Shown: one piece after another, positions 19,101 to 28,509 of the stretch
Layout: the number at the start of each line of letters is the position of its first letter
Numbering within the stretch: the first letter of the stretch is position 1
Assembly (NCBI GenBank): GCA_963558405.1
Contig: CAUWGC010000003.1
Span: 73,015-105,014, forward strand
Length of the DNA stretch: 32,000 nt
Reading direction: 5' to 3'
Source of the DNA: an uncultured Clostridia bacterium
GTDB taxonomy: Bacteria > Bacillota > Clostridia > TANB77 > CAG-508
Made by a program: the position numbers and the translations under genes
Notes under the pieces: generated by a model
What the model was told of the DNA's origin: nothing
The model's input: the letters and a program-made list of their open reading frames with translations, nothing else
The model's database searches: none

Positions 19101-21587
19101 ATGTTTCAAAATATATCAAATGAGTTTCAAGATAATTTTAAAGAGGATGTTGAAGTTAAGGAAGAAAACAAAAAAGAAATAAAAAAGCAATTCTTTAAAA
19201 AAATGTTTTCTATTCCAAATATTATTTTGTATATTATTACATTTATGATTTCAACTGTTGGATTTGGAGAATTTAATCCTTTTGCACTAAGTATATTAGC
19301 TGCTTTATGTAGTAACGGATTTCCTATTGGACCTATTTATATCATAGCTGGTATAGGAACTTTAGTAGGATTTGGAACAAGCAGTTTTTTAATATATTTA
19401 GTAACAGGATTATTTTTCTTTGCATCGCAATTAATAATAAGACCTAAAATTAATAAAAATGATGTAAATGAAAAAAGAAAAGTTGGATTTCATATACTTA
19501 TATCAACATTTTTAGTTCAAGCTATACAAATGTTATGGAAAGAATTTTATTTTTATGATGGAATGGTTGCAATATTAACATGTATATTAGTGTATATTTT
19601 TTATAAAATATTTACTAATTCAGTTTCTGTTATTAAAGACTATCCTATAAAAAAAGCTTTTTCAGTAGAAGAAGTAATGGGAGCTAGTTTAATACTTGCA
19701 ATTAGTGTATCAAGTTTACGTGATTTTTCTATTTTTGGATATAGTATTAGAAATATTTTAAGTATATTACTAGTATTAATTTTAGGATTTAAAAATGGAA
19801 TTTTAGTAGGAGCAACAGGAGGAATTACAATAGGTGTAGTTCTTGGAATTATTGGTAACAATGATCCAATAGTAGTAGCTGCGTATGCAATTTCTGGAAT
19901 GGTAGCTGGAATTTTTAATAAATTAGGAAAAATAGGTGTTATTGTAGGATTTATTATAGGTAACGTATTATTAACTTATGTAGCAAATGGAGCAACTATT
20001 CCTATTATTCTTTTTCAAGAAATATTAATTGCATCATTAGGACTTTTAGCAGTTCCAAAAAATGCAATTATAAATATTGAAGATTTATTTGGAAAAACAA
20101 GATTATTATCATCTGGTCCAGAAAAAATATTAGAACAAAATCAAAATACAATATATAAATTAAATACTATGTCAGAAGCAATTTCAGAAATGGCAAAAAC
20201 ATATTCAGAAGTGGCAGCAACAACAGTAGAAGATATAGTAGATACAGAAAATGATATAAAAGAAAAAACAACTTTTATTAAAGAATTAAGAGATAATTTA
20301 CAAGGATTAGAAGATAATATTATATATGATGATATTGTTTATGAAGATAATGGTATTGTAGAAGATATATATGAATTTATAAAAACAAAAGGAGAAATGA
20401 AGGAAAAAGATTTAATTTCCATTTTTGAAAAATATAATAATTATATAGTAGGATTTGAAAACAATGCAGTAAATAAAAAAATATTAGAAGACATAACAAA
20501 AATTGTAAAGGCAATAAATTATACATATAAATTAAGTAAAATTAATTTTGTTTGGAAAAAGAAAATAGAAGATAGTAAAAATAATATGGCAGTTCAATTA
20601 GAAGGTGTATCAAAAGCAATTGATAACTTAGCAGAAGAAATTAATCAAAACGGTGAATATGCAAAAGAAAAAGAAGAAATCAAATTATTATTAAAACAAA
20701 AAGGAATACATGTAAAAGATATATCTTTAAAAAAAGAAGTAAATGGTAAAAAAACAATAGAATTATACACAGATACTTGTGAAAATGTGGAAAATGGTGT
20801 ATGTATTTCTAATAAAATTGCAAAAATATTGGGTAAAATGACAAGTGAAAAATTAGTTGTAGAAAATCAAACATGTGCAATAAAAACAGGGCAAGATACT
20901 TGTAAGTTTACTTTTGTATCTGAAGATAAATTTAAATTACAAATAGGGATTGCAAAAGCAACAAAAACCAGATCAGAAATGTCAGGGGATTCTAGTTTAC
21001 AAACTAAATTAGAAGATGGAAAATATTTAGTGGCAATTAGTGATGGTATGGGTTCTGGAAAAGAAGCTAAAAAAAGCAGTAGCATTGCTATAAAAATGTT
21101 AGAAAAAATGCTAACATCTGGGTTTGAAAAGGAAAATTCAATTAAGATGATAAATTCTATTTTAAAATCAAATACTGAAGAAGATATGTATGCTACATTA
21201 GATATTGCGGTATTAGACTTGTTTGATGGGAATATAGAATTTATAAAAAATGGAGCATGTCCAACATATTTAAAAACAGGAAAAAGTGTTCAACTTATAA
21301 AATCATTATCATTACCAACAGGAATATTAGATAATATTGATTTGAGTGTATATGATAAAGATATTGAAGATGGTGACATACTTGTAATGTGTAGTGATGG
21401 TATTATAGAATCTAATGGAGAATATGCAAACAAGGAACTATGGGTAAAGTATTTACTTGAAGATATTCAAACAGAACAAGTACAAAAAATAGCAGATATA
21501 ATCTTAGGAGAGGCAATTGACAATAATTATGGTATGGCAAAAGATGATATGACAATTATAGTAATGCGATTTATAAAAAATAATTAG
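19101..21587 (+). CDS. spoIIE: stage II sporulation protein E (PP2C phosphatase)
   Basis: Polytopic N-terminal membrane domain, a central regulatory region, and a C-terminal PP2C domain (YLVAISDGMGSGKEA...VMCSDGIIE...AKDDMTIIVMRF). ATG 19101 lies 5 nt after SD gaggtgg and is preferred to the track start at 19062. Confidence 0.9.
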   Translation: MFQNISNEFQDNFKEDVEVKEENKKEIKKQFFKKMFSIPNIILYIITFMISTVGFGEFNPFALSILAALCSNGFPIGPIYIIAGIGTLVGFGTSSFLIYLVTGLFFFASQLIIRPKINKNDVNEKRKVGFHILISTFLVQAIQMLWKEFYFYDGMVAILTCILVYIFYKIFTNSVSVIKDYPIKKAFSVEEVMGASLILAISVSSLRDFSIFGYSIRNILSILLVLILGFKNGILVGATGGITIGVVLGIIGNNDPIVVAAYAISGMVAGIFNKLGKIGVIVGFIIGNVLLTYVANGATIPIILFQEILIASLGLLAVPKNAIINIEDLFGKTRLLSSGPEKILEQNQNTIYKLNTMSEAISEMAKTYSEVAATTVEDIVDTENDIKEKTTFIKELRDNLQGLEDNIIYDDIVYEDNGIVEDIYEFIKTKGEMKEKDLISIFEKYNNYIVGFENNAVNKKILEDITKIVKAINYTYKLSKINFVWKKKIEDSKNNMAVQLEGVSKAIDNLAEEINQNGEYAKEKEEIKLLLKQKGIHVKDISLKKEVNGKKTIELYTDTCENVENGVCISNKIAKILGKMTSEKLVVENQTCAIKTGQDTCKFTFVSEDKFKLQIGIAKATKTRSEMSGDSSLQTKLEDGKYLVAISDGMGSGKEAKKSSSIAIKMLEKMLTSGFEKENSIKMINSILKSNTEEDMYATLDIAVLDLFDGNIEFIKNGACPTYLKTGKSVQLIKSLSLPTGILDNIDLSVYDKDIEDGDILVMCSDGIIESNGEYANKELWVKYLLEDIQTEQVQKIADIILGEAIDNNYGMAKDDMTIIVMRFIKNN

Positions 21588-21611
21588 ATATATAATAATT
21601 AATTTATATAA

Positions 21612-21646
21612 AATAACACTAATTAAAATTAATTAGTGTTATTTTT
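21612..21646. terminator. bidirectional terminator
   Basis: 13-bp stem aataacactaatt / aattagtgttatt with flanking A and T runs, between spoIIE and the convergent thioesterase gene. Confidence 0.65.
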
Positions 21647-21648
21647 GT

Positions 21649-22377
21649 TTATTTTCTTAAATAAATTATGGCATGTAATGTTTTTAAATCGGTGGACTTT
21701 ATAGATACAATAAAAAAATCATTGCTTTCTTTTTTTAATAATACAGAATAATTTTCTCCTAATAGAGTAGAAGATTTATACATAATTTCTATATTATTAA
21801 AATCAAAAGCAGTTACTAAATCTTCAGGTAAAACTTCATATGCAAATTTTAGATAAGAAACATTGTTTACATGATGATTTGTATCAATGTCACGTCGTAA
21901 TACAGAAAAATCTTTTTTAAAATCATAACTTTCTGGTTCTTTTAATTTTTGTTCAAAATCATCAAACACAGAAAAAGGCTCTAACTTATATAAATCCATA
22001 TAAGGCTCTATATTTTTTTCAATTTTATTTTCTTTAATGTTAAATAGAACCCACTTAGAAGAAGCTTTAGCAATTATATTATTATTTTCATCATAAACTT
22101 CAAAATCACGAAAAGTATGAATTTTTTCTACTTTACTACACCAAGTTTTTACATAAATATTACTATTCCACATAGGTCTTGATAATATCTGTAATTTCCA
22201 GTTTATTAATATCCATGTAAAACCTGTTTTAGATATATCATTAGGTCCCATATTAACAGAAGCTGAATGAAGAGCACCAGCTTCTTGCAAATATTTTAAC
22301 ATTGCACTATTTGTAAAATTACCATATTCATCAAAATCAGTTAAATCTAATCTGAAAGTATAATTCATAAAAGACAT
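21649..22377 (-). CDS. acyl-ACP thioesterase
   Basis: 242 aa with double hot-dog layout. Sequences typical of the family: GFTWILINWKLQI, RDFEVYDENNNIIAKASSKWVLFN, RRDIDTNHHVNNVSYLKF. Confidence 0.75.
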   Translation of the reverse strand: MSFMNYTFRLDLTDFDEYGNFTNSAMLKYLQEAGALHSASVNMGPNDISKTGFTWILINWKLQILSRPMWNSNIYVKTWCSKVEKIHTFRDFEVYDENNNIIAKASSKWVLFNIKENKIEKNIEPYMDLYKLEPFSVFDDFEQKLKEPESYDFKKDFSVLRRDIDTNHHVNNVSYLKFAYEVLPEDLVTAFDFNNIEIMYKSSTLLGENYSVLLKKESNDFFIVSIKSTDLKTLHAIIYLRK

Positions 22378-22532
22378 TTTTTTACCTTCTTTCTATTCTA
22401 GTAAGTTTACTATAATTTTTTTATTTTGTAAATAGTAAAAAATTGGAATGAACAATTTGACGAATTATCTTGTAATTTATTAGTAAAATATGGTATAGTA
22501 ATGTTGGTAAAATATAAAAGTTGGAGGTAAAA

Positions 22533-24053
22533 ATGAGTAGAGGAAGAAGATATGATGGGGAAAGAAAGCTAAATCTAAAAAAAGTTTTTGCAGTTATTTT
22601 AGTTTTTATTGTCCTTATTATGTTTGTAATAGTAATACAAAAATTATTAAATTCAAAGCCTGCTGCAACTTCAGACAAAGTTTCAGAAATGAATTATTAT
22701 ACTGTATATACAAATGGAAAATGGGGAGTTATTGATGGAAGCGGTAAAACAATTATAGAACCTAATTATGAAGAAATGATTATTATCCCTGATAGTACAA
22801 AACCAGTATTTCTTTGTACACAAGATGTAGATTATCAAAATGGAACATATACAACAAAAGTATTAAACGAAAAAAATGAAGAAATATTAAAAGAATATGA
22901 CAAAATAGAAACTATACAAAATTATGATAGTAGTAATAATATGTGGTATGAGAAAAATGTACTAAAAGTAAAAAAAGACAATAAATATGGTTTGATTGAT
23001 TTTTCAGGAAAAAATATTCTTAAATGTGAATATGATTCTATAGAATCATTAAAAGGAACTAGTAATAGTATTTTAACTAAAAAAGATGAAAAAATGGGAT
23101 TAGTAGATTCAACAGGAAAAATAATTATACCAAATGAATATAAAGAAATTTTAGCAATTAGTGATAAATATGAAAACGGATATATTGTAATAAATGATAA
23201 TGGACAATACGGAATTATAGGATACAATACTAAAACAATAATAGAACCTAAATATCAAGAGATAAAACCTATTTATGGAAATGAATTATATGTAGTAAAA
23301 GAAAATGATTCATGGAAAATAGCAAATAAAGAAAGTGTTTTATTTGAACTTGGTGAAAATAACGTAGAAGAAATAAATGGACAAAATATTGTAGTTTCAA
23401 ACAAGAATGGATATGGTGTATTAGACTCTGCTGGAAATGAAAAAATTCCAACAACATATCAATATTTAAGTTACACATTTGGAGAATACTATATAGCAAA
23501 AAAAGATGACAAATACGGAATTATTAACATAGCAAACGAAACAAAAGTTGATTTTAAATATACAAATTTAAATTATCGTAAAAACGAAGACTTTTTAGAA
23601 GCATCTATAGATGATGTTACATCAGATATTTTAGACCATGATTTCCAAGTAAAAGTAACTGGAATACTATCAGAAGTTAATAATGAAAAAGGTTTCTTAA
23701 AAGTACGAATAGGGGACGAATATAAATACTATAATTTTAAATTTGAAGAAAAACAAAGCAAAAATATTTATCCAGAAAATACATTATTTTTAAGCAAAAA
23801 AGATGGAAAATATGGATATGTAGATAAAAATGGAGTTGTTGTAGTAAATTATATTTATGAAGATGCTATGGAACAAAATAAATTTGGATTCGCAGCAGTA
23901 AAAAAAGACGGAAAATGGGGAGCAATTGATAAAAACGGAAAAGAAGTAGCAGAATTTAAAAATACAATGGAAAATAATCTTGTTATAGATTTCATAGGAA
24001 AATATCATTTGGCAGAAGATATTAATGCAAATTATTATACAGATGAATTATAA
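22533..24053 (+). CDS. membrane-anchored WG-repeat (KWG-like) protein
   Basis: ATG 22533 after SD ggaggt. N-terminal TM (VFAVILVFIVLIMFVIVI). At least six repeats of the pattern (D/N)GK(W/Y)G(V/L/Y)(I/V)D..GK.(I/V)(I/V).P.Y..(I/M). Confidence 0.8.
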   Translation: MSRGRRYDGERKLNLKKVFAVILVFIVLIMFVIVIQKLLNSKPAATSDKVSEMNYYTVYTNGKWGVIDGSGKTIIEPNYEEMIIIPDSTKPVFLCTQDVDYQNGTYTTKVLNEKNEEILKEYDKIETIQNYDSSNNMWYEKNVLKVKKDNKYGLIDFSGKNILKCEYDSIESLKGTSNSILTKKDEKMGLVDSTGKIIIPNEYKEILAISDKYENGYIVINDNGQYGIIGYNTKTIIEPKYQEIKPIYGNELYVVKENDSWKIANKESVLFELGENNVEEINGQNIVVSNKNGYGVLDSAGNEKIPTTYQYLSYTFGEYYIAKKDDKYGIINIANETKVDFKYTNLNYRKNEDFLEASIDDVTSDILDHDFQVKVTGILSEVNNEKGFLKVRIGDEYKYYNFKFEEKQSKNIYPENTLFLSKKDGKYGYVDKNGVVVVNYIYEDAMEQNKFGFAAVKKDGKWGAIDKNGKEVAEFKNTMENNLVIDFIGKYHLAEDINANYYTDEL

Positions 24054-24061
24054 AATAAAAA

Positions 24062-24079
24062 GAGCATTATTAAATGCTC
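24062..24079. repeat. target-site duplication, left copy
   Basis: gagcattattaaatgctc is repeated identically at 25730-25747 and directly flanks the IS termini. Confidence 0.8.
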
Positions 24080-24122
24080 CAGACTGTTGACAAAGTATAT
24101 AAAAATATTTTGCTCAACAGTC
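24080..24122. repeat. IS left terminal inverted repeat
   Basis: Matches the reverse complement of 25687-25729 at 42 of 43 positions. Internally self-complementary (agactgttga / tcaacagtct). Confidence 0.85.
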
Positions 24123-24160
24123 TTTTCTTTTTTTAAAAAATGATGTAGAATAAATATGGT

Positions 24161-24259
24161 TCTCCATTCAGCAAAATGAGAACTAAAAAATGTAGATTTT
24201 TCTTAGAAAAGTCTGCATTTTTTCTTTACTTATGGTATAATTTAATTGCTGAATGGAGA
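24161..24259 (+). promoter_or_regulatory. long-range 14-bp stem that can sequester the transposase RBS and start, enclosing an extended -10 promoter
   Basis: tctccattcagcaa (24161-24174) is perfectly complementary to ttgctgaatggaga (24246-24259). The right arm contains GGAG and ATG 24253. TGgTATAAT (-10 hexamer at 24236-24241) lies between the arms. Confidence 0.4.
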
Positions 24260-25617
24260 TGGTGAAAATGTTAAAAAAAATAGAAAATATTCAAAGTAAA
24301 TTAGTATTGTATACATTAGATGAATTAGTTCCAGAAGAAAGTTTGTTTAGAAAAATAGATAAATACATAGATTTTACATTCATTTATGATAAGGTAAAAG
24401 ATTTGTATTGTTCAAATAACGGTAGATATAGTATAGATCCAGTTGTATTGTTTAAATTAGTATTTATTCAAGCAATAGATGGACTAAAGTCAATGAGAAA
24501 AACTTGTGAGAAAATTAAAGTAGATTTAGAGTATAGATGGTTTTTAGGAATACCTTTAGGTGAACCTACACCTCATTATTCAACATTTAGTCAAAATTAC
24601 ATAAGAAGATTTCAAGGAACAGATGTCTTTGAAGAAATATTTGTAGAGATAGTTGAACAAGCAATAAAATATAATTTAGTAAAAGGAGAAACTTTTTTTA
24701 CAGATTCTACACATAAAAAAGCAAATGCAAATAAAAATAAATTTCATGAAGAAATTCAAGAAGTTGTTCATAAAAGAAAAGAATGGTTAGAAAAAGAAAT
24801 AAATGAAGAAAGAAAAAAACAAGGAAAAAAAGAATTTGAATTTACAGAAAAAATAGAAGAGAAAAAAATAAAGGTTAGTGATACAGACAATGAAAGTGGA
24901 TATTACCATAGAGATAATAAAGAAAAAGGCTTTATGTATTTAGACCATAGAACTGTAGATTCAAAATGTAATATAATTGTAGACTGTCACATAACCAAAG
25001 GGAATGTACATGATTCAAAACCATATATAGAAAGAATGGAACATATAAAGAAAAAATTTGGATTTAATATAAAAGAAGTGGGAGTAGATTCAGGATATGA
25101 TACATTAGAAATAAAGAAATATTTTGAAGATAATAAGATATTTGGAGTAATAGCATATAGAAGATACCAACAAGGAGATACACAAATAAGAAAATATGAA
25201 TTTAAATATAATAAAGATAAAGATTATTATGTTTGTCCAAAGACAGGAATAATCATTCCATACACAGGAAAAATAGACAGAGAAGGATATAAATGGTATT
25301 CAAGTAAAGAAAATTGTAAAGGTTGTCCATATATAAATGAATGTTGTAAAAAACAAGGATATAGGGTAATAAGAAGATTAATATGTGAAGAATTAAATGA
25401 AAACTCAAGGGAACGTAGATTATCTCAAAGAGGCAAAGAACTATATAAATTACGAAAAGAAAAAATTGAAAGAAGTTTTGCTGATAGCAAAAATAATCAT
25501 GGTTATAGATATGCAATGTATAAAGGAGTAGAAAAAAATCAAAATTATACTTGGCTTATTTGTGCTGCCCAAAATATGAAAAATATATCATTAAAACTAC
25601 AAAAAGTAATGGGATAA
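24253..25617 (+). CDS. IS1182-family DDE transposase
   Basis: 454 aa. N-terminal InsH-type domain (LDELVPEESLFRKIDKYIDF...YSIDPVVLFKLVFIQAIDGLKS). DDE region (TDSTHKKANA...GVDSGYD). C-terminal Cys cluster (CKGCPYINECC). ATG 24268 (MLKKIEN...) is an equally plausible start. Confidence 0.85.
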   Translation: MEMVKMLKKIENIQSKLVLYTLDELVPEESLFRKIDKYIDFTFIYDKVKDLYCSNNGRYSIDPVVLFKLVFIQAIDGLKSMRKTCEKIKVDLEYRWFLGIPLGEPTPHYSTFSQNYIRRFQGTDVFEEIFVEIVEQAIKYNLVKGETFFTDSTHKKANANKNKFHEEIQEVVHKRKEWLEKEINEERKKQGKKEFEFTEKIEEKKIKVSDTDNESGYYHRDNKEKGFMYLDHRTVDSKCNIIVDCHITKGNVHDSKPYIERMEHIKKKFGFNIKEVGVDSGYDTLEIKKYFEDNKIFGVIAYRRYQQGDTQIRKYEFKYNKDKDYYVCPKTGIIIPYTGKIDREGYKWYSSKENCKGCPYINECCKKQGYRVIRRLICEELNENSRERRLSQRGKELYKLRKEKIERSFADSKNNHGYRYAMYKGVEKNQNYTWLICAAQNMKNISLKLQKVMG

Positions 25618-25686
25618 TTCCCATTATTTTTTGTTTTATTATAAAAAAAATAAATATTGAGATTTATAAAAAAATTTAAGAAAAAA

Positions 25687-25729
25687 GACTGTTGAACAAA
25701 ATATTTTTATATACTTTGTCAACAGTCTG
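25687..25729. repeat. IS right terminal inverted repeat
   Basis: Reverse complement of 24080-24122 with one mismatch. Confidence 0.85.
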
Positions 25730-25747
25730 GAGCATTATTAAATGCTC
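25730..25747. repeat. target-site duplication, right copy (retains the terminator T run)
   Basis: gagcattattaaatgctc followed by ttttt. Together with the left copy it reconstructs one hairpin terminator, aaaagagcattattaaatgctcttttt. Confidence 0.8.
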
Positions 25748-25795
25748 TTTTTAAATATTAATACAAATTAATTAATATTAATTTACAAATAACTA

Positions 25796-25824
25796 TTGGA
25801 ATTAAAAAAGATAAGTGATAAAAT
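25796..25824 (+). promoter_or_regulatory. candidate sigma-A promoter
   Basis: TTGGAA (25796-25801), 17-nt spacer ending in TGa, TAAAAT (25819-25824), upstream of the 411-aa ORF. Confidence 0.35.
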
Positions 25825-25857
25825 AAATTAGAAAATTATAAAAATGAGGAATGAAAA

Positions 25858-27093
25858 ATGGAACTAAAGATTAGATACCAATATACAAATTTTATTTATC
25901 CTTATATTATACAAGGAAAAAGTATTATAGGATATTTAGAAAGATTGTTAGCAGATAAAAAATGTAAATTAAAAATATTTGAAAAAGAAAAAGATTATGG
26001 AATATATTCTTATTTTCTACCTGTGGTAAGAGATTATATGTTTTGGACATTTTCTTTAAATTCAAATAAGATAAGAGAATTTTATGAATTAGATAACAAA
26101 ATGAAAGCTGTTATTCTTGCAAAACATCCATGCACAATTTTTGAATATGATATTGGAAATAAAACTCAGGGAAAATTAGGAGAAAAAAATGGAATTTTCT
26201 TTCATATACAAAAAGTAGAGATTATTTGTTTTTCAACAGGAATATGTTTTTTAAATTTTAAAACAAATATAGAAGAAAGCAATGAATTTGCAGATGTTTT
26301 AAATTTTAATTATAAATTTAGAGATATACATTCTGAATTAACAGGATTAAAAGGATATGAAAATATAAATATACAAACAGATTCTTTTCAAGATAGAAAA
26401 GAATTACAAGACTTTATTAATGATATTTGTGGAGATAATAAAAGTGCAAAAGATTTAAATATTGATATTGATAGATTTTTAACATATACATATACTTGTA
26501 TAGAACCAGAATATTGGAATGAAAAAAATAATTTTGAAGATATTAATTATCCATTTTTAAAATATACAAATGTATTTCCAAATAGCTATCAGACAGATTT
26601 TAATACTACTAATTCACAAAAAAATTTCAGTATTTTAGATATGTTTAAATATATTAAAATTGGCTTTACAAAAGTAGGTACAGCATTGTTAACTTCTGCA
26701 ATTGATGCTAGTAACTATACTAAATTACCTTTTGCATATGAGAATGAATATTTTTATACATATATATTATTATTATATAAAAAAATATATTTAAAAAAAT
26801 TAAATATGGATTTTAAGACAGAAAAATGGGTGGAAAGACCAAGACAAAATTTTGTATCATTTACACAAGAAATTTGGATTCAAGAAATTACAAATGATGA
26901 GTTAGGTTCTAATATGGAGAAAAAATGGAAGGATGTATTAGAATTAAATAAGCATTATGAAGAAGTAAAAAGTAAATATGATATAGTATATAAAGATTCT
27001 AATGTAAATAGAACAACTAAAACTAATATTATAGTAAGTATTGTACTTTTAATACTATTATTATTAAATTTAATACATTTTTTAGGTCTTTAA
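25858..27093 (+). CDS. hypothetical protein with a C-terminal membrane anchor
   Basis: 411-aa ORF with SD aatgagga. Codon usage looks typical by eye. Single C-terminal TM (IIVSIVLLILLLLNLIHFLGL). No motif I can assign. acpS follows 13 nt later. Confidence 0.6.
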   Translation: MELKIRYQYTNFIYPYIIQGKSIIGYLERLLADKKCKLKIFEKEKDYGIYSYFLPVVRDYMFWTFSLNSNKIREFYELDNKMKAVILAKHPCTIFEYDIGNKTQGKLGEKNGIFFHIQKVEIICFSTGICFLNFKTNIEESNEFADVLNFNYKFRDIHSELTGLKGYENINIQTDSFQDRKELQDFINDICGDNKSAKDLNIDIDRFLTYTYTCIEPEYWNEKNNFEDINYPFLKYTNVFPNSYQTDFNTTNSQKNFSILDMFKYIKIGFTKVGTALLTSAIDASNYTKLPFAYENEYFYTYILLLYKKIYLKKLNMDFKTEKWVERPRQNFVSFTQEIWIQEITNDELGSNMEKKWKDVLELNKHYEEVKSKYDIVYKDSNVNRTTKTNIIVSIVLLILLLLNLIHFLGL

Positions 27094-27106
27094 TGGAGGA
27101 AAATGT

Positions 27107-27481
27107 ATGAAAACATTTTGTGGTACAGATATAATAGAGGTAAATAGAATACAAGAGATAATAGAAGAAGAAAAAGAAAAATTTTTAGAAAGAATTTTTA
27201 CACAAAAAGAAATAGCGTATTGCGAAAAAAAGAAAATAGTAAAATACCAACATTATGCAGGTAGATTTGCAGCAAAAGAAGCAATTTTTAAAGCTATTTC
27301 TCCTTTTTTAAAAAACAAGTATGATATTTCGTGGAAAAATATAGAAATTGAAAATGATGAAAATGGAAGACCTATTGTAAATTTAATAGGAATTTGTTTG
27401 AAAAATATAGAAAACATAGATGTAAGCATTTCACATGTAAAAGATATGGCAATTGCAACATGTATAATTAGTTGTAAATAA
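27107..27481 (+). CDS. acpS: holo-[acyl-carrier-protein] synthase
   Basis: 124 aa. N terminus GTDIIEVNRI. FAAKEAIFKA motif. C-terminal SISHVKDMAIA. Confidence 0.85.
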   Translation: MKTFCGTDIIEVNRIQEIIEEEKEKFLERIFTQKEIAYCEKKKIVKYQHYAGRFAAKEAIFKAISPFLKNKYDISWKNIEIENDENGRPIVNLIGICLKNIENIDVSISHVKDMAIATCIISCK

Positions 27482-27491
27482 GGAGAAGATT

Positions 27492-28265
27492 ATGGAATTT
27501 TTTGATTCTCATTCACATTACAATGACGAAAAATTTGATATAGATAGAGAAGAAATAATAAAACTAACATATGAAGATGGAATTACAAATATAATTTGTG
27601 CAGGATATAATATAGATTCTTCTAAAAAAGCAATAGAAATAGCTAAAGAAAATTCATATATATATGCAATTGTAGGAATTTCACCAAATGATATTACTAA
27701 AAAAGAAAACATAGAACAGGAAATGCATGAAATAGAAAAAATGCTAAATAATTCTAAAATTGTAGCAATAGGAGAAATTGGATTAGATTATTATTGGAAT
27801 AAGGAAAATAAAGAATTACAAAAAGAATATTTTATAAAACAAATAGATATAGCAAATAAATACCAGTTGCCAATTGTAATTCATTCTAGAGATGCTTTTT
27901 TAGATACAATAGAAATATTAAAAAATAATACGCCAGTAAAAAAAGGTGTATTTCATTGTGTACAATTAAATCAAGAGCTAATAAAACAAGCATTAAAACT
28001 AGATTTTTATGTATCTTTTGCAGGACCAATTACATTTAAAAATACAAAAAATGCAGAAGAAATAATAAAGAACATTCCTTTAGATAAAATATTAATAGAA
28101 ACAGATAGTCCATATCTTTCACCAGAGCCTAATAGAGGAAAAAGAAATGATTCACGAAATGTAAAATATGTTGCTAATAAAATAGCTCAAATAAAACAAG
28201 TAAGTATAGAAAAAATTGCAAATATTACATATGAAAATGCAAAAAAAATATTTGAAATAAAATAA
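27492..28265 (+). CDS. tatD: TatD family metal-dependent hydrolase/DNase
   Basis: 257 aa. N-terminal FDSHSHYND (HxH). Also GEIGLDYY, IHSRDA, FHC and ETDSPYL motifs. Confidence 0.9.
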   Translation: MEFFDSHSHYNDEKFDIDREEIIKLTYEDGITNIICAGYNIDSSKKAIEIAKENSYIYAIVGISPNDITKKENIEQEMHEIEKMLNNSKIVAIGEIGLDYYWNKENKELQKEYFIKQIDIANKYQLPIVIHSRDAFLDTIEILKNNTPVKKGVFHCVQLNQELIKQALKLDFYVSFAGPITFKNTKNAEEIIKNIPLDKILIETDSPYLSPEPNRGKRNDSRNVKYVANKIAQIKQVSIEKIANITYENAKKIFEIK

Positions 28266-28447
28266 AATTAGTCATATTTTTAGTACAAGCTGAATATATA
28301 TTAAATATATAAATTTAATATAAAGCAAAAAACAATTTCCTAAATCAAGTACTTCTAGTAATAAATCAAAGGAATACATAATATGCTATTTTAAATAAAA
28401 CTAAAAAAGCTTGTAATATAAAGTAATTATCAGAAAAAGTATAAAAT

Positions 28448-28476
28448 TTGACAGATTATATAAAAAATAGTATAAT
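28448..28476 (+). promoter_or_regulatory. consensus sigma-A promoter
   Basis: Perfect TTGACA (28448-28453), 17-nt spacer, TATAAT (28471-28476). SD aaaggagga precedes ATG 28510. Confidence 0.6.
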
Positions 28477-28509
28477 ATTATTGTTGCTTTTAAAGGAGGA
28501 ATTAAAAGT

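Larger units (their letters stand above)
24080..25729 (+). mobile_element. IS1182-family insertion sequence (1650 bp)
   Basis: 43-bp terminal inverted repeats with one mismatch (cagactgttgacaaagtatataaaaatattttgCtcaacagtc versus ...gTtcaacagtc). A single DDE transposase ORF. Flanked by an 18-bp direct repeat. Confidence 0.85.
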
